A DNA stretch of 64,000 nucleotides, taken from contig CAZNGN010000009.1 of the NCBI GenBank assembly GCA_964572865.1, positions 4,524 through 68,523 on the forward strand. Reading direction: 5' to 3'. This DNA is from an uncultured Bacteriovoracaceae bacterium (lineage in GTDB: Bacteria; Bdellovibrionota; UBA1018; UBA923). A program made the translations under genes and the position numbers. This document shows, piece by piece, positions 41,844 through 50,553 of this stretch. A model generated the notes under the pieces. That model had not been told where the DNA came from, searched no databases, and saw only the letters and a list, made by a program, of their open reading frames with translations. The number at the start of each line of letters is the position of its first letter. The stretch's first letter is position 1.

Positions 41844-41854
41844 TTAGGTAAATC

Positions 41855-42202
41855 TTACCAAAAACGCTTGTTAGCGAAAATTTCCTTAGTTTTCTTAGGA
41901 AATGACCAACGAGGTTTTTTAGAAGCTGGGCGTGCTTTTACCATGATTTCTTCACCAGTAAATGGGTTAACGCCTTTGCCTGCTTTACGAGCTTTAACTT
42001 CTTTACGAACTAAAGTTCCGATCACAGGAAAACGAACGCGCTCGCCGCCAGCAGCAGCTTTAGCGCCTGCTTCAAAAGCTTCTTCTAAACTTTGTTTCAT
42101 TGCAGTTCTTTTCAAACGAGCTTCACCTTTACGGGTAACTTCGATTGATTTGCAAACACGTGTATGTAACTCATCTAAAAATGAGAATTTTTTCTTAGCC
42201 AT
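41855..42202 (-). CDS. HU/IHF-family DNA-binding protein with an N-terminal extension
   Basis: The core (RVRFPVIGTL...GVNPFTGEEI.VKARP) matches the HU arm region. Strong SD AGGAGG. An additional roughly 30-aa N-terminus and basic tail. Confidence 0.7.
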   Translation of the reverse strand: MAKKKFSFLDELHTRVCKSIEVTRKGEARLKRTAMKQSLEEAFEAGAKAAAGGERVRFPVIGTLVRKEVKARKAGKGVNPFTGEEIMVKARPASKKPRWSFPKKTKEIFANKRFW

Positions 42203-42351
42203 TTATTATTCCTCCTAATAAATAATTAAATAAAATACTATGAGTTAAAAATTTGCAGCCAAAATGCGTTTTCGTCAACAAAGATATTTAAAAAAAACCC
42301 TGAAAAATGGCTTTTTTTATGGCACACTAGTATAAAATAACCATTTTTTAC

Positions 42352-43362
42352 TTGATCGGCTGCGAAAAAATGAAACATTTTGAAATTTGGCACTATTCTT
42401 CTGTTGACTTAAATGCCGCCGGCGGTATTGAAAAATTCATTTTAGGACTTTCACAAGCCTTTTCAGCTCAAAATATACCTTCCTATACAGGACTACATTT
42501 CAATAAAGTTTCTAGTGAATCAAAATCTAAATGCCTCATAATACACACCCATGGCGACTGTTGGCCTAATTTTGATTTTCAAAAACAATTGAAAGAACTT
42601 AAGAAACATTACAATCAGGTAAAATGGATTCATATATCACACGGGAATACGATCGCACGCATGATAGCATGTGGTGAGTACTTAAGTTATAGCGGATATA
42701 AAGGTGCTTTACGCGATTTATCACTCATTCAGTTATCTGATGCAATTATTGCGGTAAGCCAACATGCAAAAAATGAAAACTCTAAATATTTTTTAACAAA
42801 CAAACGAACTCACGTGATTTATAATGGAGTCAATTCAAGCCTATTTAAGCCCTTAAATCAAATTTCAAACAATTTATCTTTCATATTTGTAGGCAGAGAT
42901 AAAGATCGAGTGAAAAACACTAAACTCATTTTAAATGCGTTTCGGTCTCTTTCTTCTACAAACAAAAAAGTTCAATTATATATGGCCCCCGGAATTGAGA
43001 GTCAGACTTTAGATAATGTAGTTTCATTAGGACTTTTAACACCTGAAAAACTTCAAGAACAAATGACTAAAACGAACGCTATTATTTTAAGTTCCTTTTA
43101 TGAAGGCGACGCTCTCGTTTTAAGAGAAGCAATGGCAATGGGGTTGCCCATCATTGCCTCTCAGATTGAAGCAAACCTAGAAACGTGCTCAAATTATCAA
43201 AATATTTATTGGATAAATCCTAATGATGATCAATCAGTTATTCAGGTAATTCAAAATCAATTTATAAACAAAACGCACGTACCTAAACCTCTTATCAGAG
43301 ATTGGACCACTGTTTCGAAAGAATACTTAGAGTTTTACAGCAAATTAGTTTCGATAAACTGA
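42352..43362 (+). CDS. Glycosyltransferase family 1 (GT4-like)
   Basis: C-terminal EGDALVLREAMAMGLPIIAS (E-x7-E). Confidence 0.7.
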   Translation: MIGCEKMKHFEIWHYSSVDLNAAGGIEKFILGLSQAFSAQNIPSYTGLHFNKVSSESKSKCLIIHTHGDCWPNFDFQKQLKELKKHYNQVKWIHISHGNTIARMIACGEYLSYSGYKGALRDLSLIQLSDAIIAVSQHAKNENSKYFLTNKRTHVIYNGVNSSLFKPLNQISNNLSFIFVGRDKDRVKNTKLILNAFRSLSSTNKKVQLYMAPGIESQTLDNVVSLGLLTPEKLQEQMTKTNAIILSSFYEGDALVLREAMAMGLPIIASQIEANLETCSNYQNIYWINPNDDQSVIQVIQNQFINKTHVPKPLIRDWTTVSKEYLEFYSKLVSIN

Positions 43363-44474
43363 ATCGTTTCTTTTGTACGATTCGACCAAGAATAGTTGCT
43401 CGCCCAAATTAAATTTTTAATTCTTCTTTGTATTCTCAAATCATTATTTTCAGAAAGTGCACTTTTAAAAACTTCAAATACACTTTGATCACGCTCTTGC
43501 CATTTATGCACATCTACCAAAAATGCACCAGAGCGCTCTGGTTGCATCGAATGACTTAAATGTCCTATTGTAGTGAACACATTTGCGCCGCAACTCATTG
43601 CTGACAAAAAAGAAGACCTTCGTTCTGAAAGTCCGATATCGTACGGCAATAAAACCAAATCAGCTGCATTAATAACTGATGAAAACTCTGAATCACTTGG
43701 GTTTAAAATAAATGCAAATCTTTCGGGCAACATTTTGCTTAATTCCGCTTTCACTGCGTCTGCAAAATCGAGATCTTTTTGCTTGGGACCTAATCCGCCC
43801 ATCAAAATCAGTGCTGTATTTTTTGGAACATATGGAATGAACTCTTTTAATTGGTTTACTCCTTTACCAGGGGTCACTAAACCAGGATGTACAATAAACT
43901 CATTACAATTTTTAATATTTTGCAGATCTATAAATTTTTGTAATACGATCTTATTTGAATCAATTTTTAATTTTAATTTTTCAGTTTGTGGATTTTCTAA
44001 AAGTTCATCATAAAACAATGTTGGTCCAAGTTTAGAACGTAATATTTTTTTACAAAATCGTTTACATGACTGGTAATCTGCTTCTGTATTTGTAATTGCT
44101 GCATTCGAAAGCATTAAAAGAGCAGCTTGTCTTAACTTCCATTGAAGTGGAGCCTCTGTAAACTCATGTACAATTGAAATAAATTTTGCTTTCGGAAACT
44201 TTAAACGAATCTTAATTGCATTTTCGATTGCAGACCAAGGTGCTTTACGATCGCTCAACGATGGGGAGTGAAAAAATATTATATCTGGTGTTGTGTTTAT
44301 TAGAGAAAAATCAGGATAAACACCATTTTCACTCGGCTCACACAAAGCGACTTCAGAATAAACTTTTTGAAAAGCTTTTGTTTCTGATCTTGCAAACGAA
44401 CCCACAGAACACATTTGATCGTGTCTTGAACCTACAAAAACCGCTAATTGAGTTTGCTTTCGACTATTACTCAT
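43335..44474 (-). CDS. Glycosyltransferase family 1-like
   Basis: GT-B C-terminal domain pattern (LILMGG...ADLVLLPY...SAMSCGANV). Confidence 0.6.
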   Translation of the reverse strand: MSNSRKQTQLAVFVGSRHDQMCSVGSFARSETKAFQKVYSEVALCEPSENGVYPDFSLINTTPDIIFFHSPSLSDRKAPWSAIENAIKIRLKFPKAKFISIVHEFTEAPLQWKLRQAALLMLSNAAITNTEADYQSCKRFCKKILRSKLGPTLFYDELLENPQTEKLKLKIDSNKIVLQKFIDLQNIKNCNEFIVHPGLVTPGKGVNQLKEFIPYVPKNTALILMGGLGPKQKDLDFADAVKAELSKMLPERFAFILNPSDSEFSSVINAADLVLLPYDIGLSERRSSFLSAMSCGANVFTTIGHLSHSMQPERSGAFLVDVHKWQERDQSVFEVFKSALSENNDLRIQRRIKNLIWASNYSWSNRTKETIQFIETNLL

Positions 44475-45538
44475 TAAATATATTGCTTTAAGTTTTCTTT
44501 ATAAAACGAAATCGTTTCTTTTAATCCTTCTTCAAAACTTGTTTTAGGCTTCCAATTAAAATGTTTTTGAATTGCTGATACGTCAGCTACATAATCCCCT
44601 GTCTCAATAGCTTTTCGATCGGCAGGCCAAGGCACAAACTCTAACTTTGTTCCTATTGAATCTGTCACTAATTTCGCACAATCTGCAAATTTTCTACCTT
44701 TGCCAGATGCTAGATTAAATACTGCATACGGTATATTTTCTCCCGCGTTCGTTACATCTTTAAATTGGCTAGGATTATTTCTTAATTTTTCTGAAAATTC
44801 CCCAGCTTTTAAAAATGCCTCAACCGCATCATCAATGTAAAGATAGTCACGCAATTGCTCACCAGTTCCAAATATTTTTACAGTTTGACTTTGTAATGCA
44901 AGACTAATGAACCAATTTAAAATTCCATACTTTCCACTCTTCATTTGATGAAACTTACCATATGAATTAGTAAATCGAAGAGATACAAACGGAATTGAAT
45001 GTACTCTTGCGTAAACGGCCCCATACAATTCAGCAGCGTGTTTATTCACTCCATAAATATCAGTAGGATTTGGCAGCGTTTGTTCAGTCGCTGGAATTTG
45101 AGTTGGTGCTCCTAAAATAGCCCTAGTTCCTGCATAAATGATTGGTGATTTTTTTCCTGCTTTTTTAACTGCTTCAAGTAGTTTTAAAGTAGCTGTACAG
45201 TTGAATAGCAAATCAAAATACGGATCGATCATACTATCAACATGAGAGATTTGAGCAGCACAGTGAAACACCATATCTGCATCTTTGCAGTGCCTATCCA
45301 AAACATCTGATTGAGAAATATCCTCTTTAACGATTTCGATTTTATCTTTTACCTCTTTTAAATTGAATTCATTGCCTCCATACATGGGATGAAAACAATC
45401 TATCACCTTAACATTTGCTCCCAGAGCTACCAATTGGTGCGTGATGTTGCTGCCAACGAAACCAGCACCACCAGTGACAATAATTTTTTTGTTTTTATAA
45501 AATGCATTCATATTAAATCTCTCAATCAATTCACTCAA
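44474..45538 (-). CDS. NAD-dependent epimerase/dehydratase (extended SDR)
   Basis: TGGAGFVGSN Rossmann motif and YGVNK (YxxxK). Confidence 0.85.
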   Translation of the reverse strand: MSELIERFNMNAFYKNKKIIVTGGAGFVGSNITHQLVALGANVKVIDCFHPMYGGNEFNLKEVKDKIEIVKEDISQSDVLDRHCKDADMVFHCAAQISHVDSMIDPYFDLLFNCTATLKLLEAVKKAGKKSPIIYAGTRAILGAPTQIPATEQTLPNPTDIYGVNKHAAELYGAVYARVHSIPFVSLRFTNSYGKFHQMKSGKYGILNWFISLALQSQTVKIFGTGEQLRDYLYIDDAVEAFLKAGEFSEKLRNNPSQFKDVTNAGENIPYAVFNLASGKGRKFADCAKLVTDSIGTKLEFVPWPADRKAIETGDYVADVSAIQKHFNWKPKTSFEEGLKETISFYKENLKQYI

Positions 45539-45579
45539 TTTATTTCATTTATATGATTCTCGCAGTATAATGAGGATTA

Positions 45580-46665
45580 ATGAGGATTCCAAAACAAATT
45601 GAAGATTTTTTGCAAAAAACGCTTAAATCTAAAAACCAATCTACCTATGTAATCGTTAAACTCGCTGGTATTGGCGATGTAGCAATGGCATGTCGTGCAG
45701 TTAATGAGGTTTTTGGCACTATTGAAAACCAAATTTCATTGCACTGGGTTATTGACGCGAATTATGTAGAGTTAGCACGTAGCTTGCTTGAACTTCCCAA
45801 ACAAATTCAAATTCACTTTCATGGAATTAACTCTAAAAAATTACTATCAGGTTCTAAAAAACAAAAAGCAGAAGAAGCTCTCGGGCTTCTCAAAACTATA
45901 CTCTTAATAAATCCTGATGCTGTTGCTTTGCTTCACCGAGACTGGCGATATAAACTGTTTATTCGACCTGCCTTTATTGGGCCAATCTTTTCAATTAAAA
46001 GCTTAAACATTCATGAAATGAACTTGTATAAAATGGAATTGATTAAATTAATCAATCGATTTCATCTTTCGTCTGCAATTTCACCTGTATCCAATCCAGA
46101 CATCGTATTTAAAAATAATTCGATAGGCTTTTTAATTGGCGGTGGTTCTGGCACCAAAACATCTTTTATTGAAAAGCGTTGGCCTTATCTTTTTGAATTA
46201 ATTTTTAAATTATTAAATGAAACAAACTATTCGATTACACTTTTTGGCTCTGGTGAAGACTTAGAAATTTATAACGAATTTTTAAAGAACTACACGTTAA
46301 CTGATTCTCAATTGAATCGAATTTCAAACTTAATCGGAAAACTTCAGATAAACGAGGTTGCATCTCATATTAAGTCGTTACAGTTTTTTGTATCTGCTGA
46401 CTCTGGGCTTGCTCACATTGCTTCAAATGTAATGAAAAATAAAAACCAAAAAATTATTTCACTATTTGGACCAACAAACCCAACGAATTGGGCCCCTTAT
46501 GATGACACTCAAAATATAGTAAAAGTATTTTACAATAAACTCGAATGTTCGCCCTGTTATCTAAACGATGGCAAATTTAATCCATGTATTTTTAAAAATT
46601 CAGAATATCAAAAATGCATGAAATCAATTCATCTTCAAAGCGTATTTGATTACATCACTCATTAA
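45580..46665 (+). CDS. Glycosyltransferase family 9-like
   Basis: VKLAGIGDVAMA N-terminal block and FVSADSGLAHIA C-terminal block. Confidence 0.65.
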   Translation: MRIPKQIEDFLQKTLKSKNQSTYVIVKLAGIGDVAMACRAVNEVFGTIENQISLHWVIDANYVELARSLLELPKQIQIHFHGINSKKLLSGSKKQKAEEALGLLKTILLINPDAVALLHRDWRYKLFIRPAFIGPIFSIKSLNIHEMNLYKMELIKLINRFHLSSAISPVSNPDIVFKNNSIGFLIGGGSGTKTSFIEKRWPYLFELIFKLLNETNYSITLFGSGEDLEIYNEFLKNYTLTDSQLNRISNLIGKLQINEVASHIKSLQFFVSADSGLAHIASNVMKNKNQKIISLFGPTNPTNWAPYDDTQNIVKVFYNKLECSPCYLNDGKFNPCIFKNSEYQKCMKSIHLQSVFDYITH

Positions 46666-47753
46666 GCAGTAATTAACTCATCATACGGTTGTTCTTCGAC
46701 ATACTCGCTTCGTATACTTTTCCAATCGATGTTTAATTTTTTTATTTTTTCTATTAATGAAACTTTATTTAAACCAATTGTTCTGCTTGTTAAATTGATT
46801 TGGCCTTTACAAACTTTGAGCGCGTTCAACAAATATGCTTTTTCATAAACATCTTTACACTCATGGTAATTTAAATGAATCGGAATTTTAATAAATCCAT
46901 CTTGATTCGATTCTTCTTCAGATTGTATTTCAATCGGTTTGCTTTCTATAGGAACAATTAACTCATTTTCATTTTTATTACATAAATCATATTTAAGTTT
47001 TAGTTCATTAAATTGAGCAGGAAGCGACTGTGGAGTGATCCACTTTTCTTCTTCCATTGCAACCGCATATTCGATTACATTTTGAAGCTCTCGAATATTT
47101 CCTGGCCACTCATATTCTAAAAATATTTTTTTAGTATTTTCAGAAATTCCTAATATTTTTTTACCGATCAGTTCATTCCATTGATCGACAAATCTACTTG
47201 CCAGTGGCGCGATTGACTCTTTAATGTCTTTTAACCCACTCATTTGAACTGAAAAAACATTTATTCGATGAAATAAGTCTTCACGAAATGTTTTATTTTT
47301 TACAGCTTGATGCATATCAATGTTTGTCGCTGCAATAATTCTTACATTTAATTCAATTTCTCTATTGGATCCAACAGGTGTTATTTTTTTATATTGAATA
47401 AAGTCTAATAACTTTGTTTGCAACCGCATTGGCAATTCACCAATTTCGTCTAAAAACACTGTGCCGCCATTGCATAGCTCAAGTTTTCCGACTCTTCTGG
47501 AGTCAGCGCCTGTAAAAGCACCTTTTTCATGTCCAAATAATTCTGATTCGATTAAGTTTTCAGATAAGGATGCTAAATTTATTTTCTGAAACTTATTTGC
47601 AGCTCTACCTGTTGTCTTATGTATTACATGCGCTAAATGAGATTTGCCCGTACCACTATACCCTGTAATTAATATGGTTGAGTCAGCTTTATTGGCAGCT
47701 TTAATTATATCAAGTTGAGATGAAGATAATGAACTAAATTGATAATTGAACAT
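46662..47753 (-). CDS. Sigma54-dependent transcriptional activator (AAA+ plus Fis-type HTH), lacking an N-terminal sensory/receiver domain
   Basis: Walker A GYSGTGKS, ESELFGHEKGAFTGA (exact GAFTGA signature), and a C-terminal HTH. Only about 20 aa precede the AAA+ domain. Confidence 0.9.
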   Translation of the reverse strand: MFNYQFSSLSSSQLDIIKAANKADSTILITGYSGTGKSHLAHVIHKTTGRAANKFQKINLASLSENLIESELFGHEKGAFTGADSRRVGKLELCNGGTVFLDEIGELPMRLQTKLLDFIQYKKITPVGSNREIELNVRIIAATNIDMHQAVKNKTFREDLFHRINVFSVQMSGLKDIKESIAPLASRFVDQWNELIGKKILGISENTKKIFLEYEWPGNIRELQNVIEYAVAMEEEKWITPQSLPAQFNELKLKYDLCNKNENELIVPIESKPIEIQSEEESNQDGFIKIPIHLNYHECKDVYEKAYLLNALKVCKGQINLTSRTIGLNKVSLIEKIKKLNIDWKSIRSEYVEEQPYDELITA

Positions 47754-47782
47754 AATGCCTCCGTTTGTTTTACAGAGTAATT

Positions 47783-47798
47783 AGCAATTCATGTGCCA
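47783..47798 (-). promoter_or_regulatory. Sigma54 (-24/-12) promoter TGGCAC-N5-TTGCT directly upstream of the EBP gene
   Basis: The minus strand reads TGGCACATGAATTGCT with consensus spacing, about 30 nt upstream of the GGAGG SD and ATG at 47753. Confidence 0.6.
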
Positions 47799-47892
47799 CG
47801 TCAAAACTTACATATATCTTTATACGTATATTTTTTATTAAATTTCTTCAGTGTAAGATTTTAATTCTAGTTTTTTAGACTTCAAATTATCT

Positions 47893-48510
47893 CTATTGAT
47901 CGAAATCAATATCAGAACCTTCATCTTGTGGCTTTAAATCATCTATAGCGTGCATTAGAGCTGCTGAATCATCTGGCACTTTTTCTAACATTGCTCTGTA
48001 TTTTCCCATTAATTCTTCTGGGTGCGCCTGAGCTAACCGTTCGGCACTTGAAATGCAAAATGCCTGTAAAGACGGAGAGCCTTGATAGTCTTGGCTTTCG
48101 ACACATTCTTTTAATTCGTCAAACAAGTTAATCGCGTTGTAATTAGAACTTAAAGCTGCTTCCATTCTCTTGCCAATATTTTGAGCGTATTCGATTAAGC
48201 TTTGTGGGGTTACATGCGGATTTTGCTTAATTTCATCTCGCAATGTAGAAAGTAGTGGTGGCTTCTTTTCTTCATTGGTAGTTTTTTCTTCTTTGGAAGT
48301 TTCTTTTGAAATTGCAGAATTTTTCATTGAACTCATTGGATTTTTATTATCTTCAAGTGTGTTCTCTGATTGAGAAGCATACGGATTTTCTTCTGCGATA
48401 GACTCTTTGCTGTCTACTGCTTGTTTTGAAGATTGATCATTTTTGTTAAAAAACAAATACAATCCATAAGCAGTACCAAAAATCACTAATAATGAAATCA
48501 ACTTTCTCAT
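47893..48510 (-). CDS. Hypothetical membrane-anchored protein
   Basis: N-terminal TM anchor, a low-complexity Ser/Glu/Lys linker and a helical C-terminal domain. Confidence 0.45.
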   Translation of the reverse strand: MRKLISLLVIFGTAYGLYLFFNKNDQSSKQAVDSKESIAEENPYASQSENTLEDNKNPMSSMKNSAISKETSKEEKTTNEEKKPPLLSTLRDEIKQNPHVTPQSLIEYAQNIGKRMEAALSSNYNAINLFDELKECVESQDYQGSPSLQAFCISSAERLAQAHPEELMGKYRAMLEKVPDDSAALMHAIDDLKPQDEGSDIDFDQ

Positions 48511-48517
48511 AACTTTC

Positions 48518-49363
48518 TCAATTCATTTTGGGTGGTCCATAAGCGCCACTGTTTAAATCTTTCCAATTCAATACTCTCGATAAATTATCTAACAAAATCA
48601 TTCGCGCTACACTTCGCTCTGCTTCACTGCAATTAGGACATGTTTTTTCATCCAAAAGTGCTCCCATATAGACCGACTCAATTGAGTATGAGCCCCAGGC
48701 ATTGCGATCACAAGCTTCAAAACCTGCATACGGATGCCCACTGGGACAAACACTATGTGCAAATCCACAGTTAATATTTTTAAGTTTTTTTTCTGTTTTT
48801 AGAATCTCAATATCTTTCTTTGTAATATTTTGAATGCAATCTGAGTGGCGTGCTTCGTGCATTAATGCTGAAACCCTAGCAATCTGTGGAGTATTTTCTT
48901 TTAAATAAGCCGTACCAATTCTGACAGCACCAATACGCGTATTATTAATGGGATATGGAATGCCATTAAATAAAAATTCAATTTTTGCTGGTAGACTCAT
49001 CAACTGAGTTAAAAACAAATTAAGGCTCACATTTGAAGCCATTTCGGACATATTATTTGTAGTTTTTTGAGTGTTTACGTTGAAATATGATTTATAGTTT
49101 GCATCTGGTGGTAAAATAAAATGAATGCGTTTCATTAAATATTGAAATGAATTTTTATTAGGATTCGTTCCAAAAGTTTGAGAAAATAATGAATTGGAAT
49201 CTAGGTTTGTTAATCCCATATTAGCGATTCGTGAAACATCTCCGATCACTAATTTTTTAATTTTGGGATTTAAATTTTGATCAAATTGAATCGATGCAAA
49301 CACGCTTTGCATTGAAAATATTAAGCTAATGAGAGCTAAGCTCAGATATCCCTTTTTCCCCAT
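48518..49363 (-). CDS. Secreted protein with an HExxH motif (putative zinc metallopeptidase)
   Basis: Signal peptide. HEARH in LMHEARHSDC. Several Cys. Confidence 0.4.
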   Translation of the reverse strand: MGKKGYLSLALISLIFSMQSVFASIQFDQNLNPKIKKLVIGDVSRIANMGLTNLDSNSLFSQTFGTNPNKNSFQYLMKRIHFILPPDANYKSYFNVNTQKTTNNMSEMASNVSLNLFLTQLMSLPAKIEFLFNGIPYPINNTRIGAVRIGTAYLKENTPQIARVSALMHEARHSDCIQNITKKDIEILKTEKKLKNINCGFAHSVCPSGHPYAGFEACDRNAWGSYSIESVYMGALLDEKTCPNCSEAERSVARMILLDNLSRVLNWKDLNSGAYGPPKMN

Positions 49364-49462
49364 TTATCCCTACTTCTTAATCTGGGTATATACTTACTTA
49401 TATGGATTTACAATGCGGGACGTTAAAATTTCTTATGTTACTGTAATTATTGAGTTTTATTT

Positions 49463-49960
49463 TTAAAACTGTGCGCTCAATCCATAATTGATCACATAAA
49501 GATCACTTTGATTAAACACATATTCCATATTGAGAATCAAACGATCAAAAACATTAAAAATGGGATTATCAAGCTTATATTCTGCACCAATGAATACAAA
49601 TGGATTTGTAGTATTTTCTTTGCGATTGAGAGAAGACTTTGCTCCGCCCCCGAGATCAAATGCAAAATATTTAACTTGGTGAAATTGTCCCGCAACACCG
49701 TAATCTACTAAATGATATGGTTTTTGGCCTTCATCTTTAAACATTTGAAATCCAGCAAATGTTTTCACTCGAAAATCATGAGTTGTTTTTAATATCGGCG
49801 TATAACGAATTCCCAATCCAAAAGTTTTTGCATCTTTACCAGCATTATATAAACCTAATGAACCAAAAAAATCTGTTCGATTCCAAGACACATCGATTGC
49901 GTTACTTGAATGTGTAAAAACAATGAATAAAACTAAGAATACAAAAACTAAGCGCTGCAT
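49463..49960 (-). CDS. Small outer-membrane beta-barrel protein (PagL-like size and topology)
   Basis: Signal peptide, 165 aa, alternating amphipathic strands, C-terminal ...AQF. Confidence 0.45.
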   Translation of the reverse strand: MQRLVFVFLVLFIVFTHSSNAIDVSWNRTDFFGSLGLYNAGKDAKTFGLGIRYTPILKTTHDFRVKTFAGFQMFKDEGQKPYHLVDYGVAGQFHQVKYFAFDLGGGAKSSLNRKENTTNPFVFIGAEYKLDNPIFNVFDRLILNMEYVFNQSDLYVINYGLSAQF

Positions 49961-50118
49961 TTTTTTCCCCCGAAGAGCTTCATTATTGATTTAATTACGT
50001 TTTTAGTCAACCAGTTGATCATAAGAAATTTTTTCCCTCTGAAGTTTTAAAGACACAGACCGAAAGGTTAAATGAAACTGCTGATGCTCATTTGAAAGCA
50101 TCTTTCCAAGGAGGGAAC

Positions 50119-50310
50119 ATGTCAGAATCAAACAAAAAAAACCAAACTTCAAAAACTACAAAAGATCTTGAGATGGAAGCCGATGTGCTTTTTCAAAAAA
50201 TTTATGGCAAATGGTATGCCTTTAGCACTGTTGACGAAGAGTGCTTCATGACTGAAGTATCTGAAGAAGAAATTCAAAAACGTAGTAAAAAAACACCAAA
50301 AGCTGCTTAA
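50119..50310 (+). CDS. Small acidic hypothetical protein
   Basis: AAGGAGGG just upstream of ATG. 63 aa. The track ORF starts earlier, at 50092. Confidence 0.4.
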   Translation: MSESNKKNQTSKTTKDLEMEADVLFQKIYGKWYAFSTVDEECFMTEVSEEEIQKRSKKTPKAA

Positions 50311-50316
50311 ACTTAC

Positions 50317-50553
50317 ATGTCTTCACGCTCACAACCACTTAAAAAAAGCGGAAACGTAGTAAAGTCATCTGCGCCGCAGGATAAAAACTGCGGACCGCAG
50401 AAGGCCTCGACTGTCGTCGAAAAAGAAATGATTAATCAATTGCGCGATAAGTTATTTAAACAAATGGAAACAAAACCAGAAGGTTATTCAAAGGCTGCCA
50501 AAATTCTTTCTTGGTGGATTAATTCAACATCTAAAAATAAATTAGGAAAATGA
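50317..50553 (+). CDS. Small basic hypothetical protein
   Basis: 78 aa. Overlaps the nuclease start by 4 nt (ATGA), which indicates coupling. Confidence 0.4.
   Translation: MSSRSQPLKKSGNVVKSSAPQDKNCGPQKASTVVEKEMINQLRDKLFKQMETKPEGYSKAAKILSWWINSTSKNKLGK

Noticed and set aside
41868-42218. 116-aa ORF on the plus strand antisense to the HU-like gene
   Set aside because: The opposite strand encodes a protein with clear HU-family homology and a perfect SD. The plus-strand ORF is low-complexity (Ala/Ser/Leu-rich), typical of antisense frames.
42378-42400. TGGCAC hexamer that could be a second sigma54 -24 element (TGGCACtattcTTCTG)
   Set aside because: No GC at -12 (TTCT instead of TTGC), and it lies inside the GT1 coding region.
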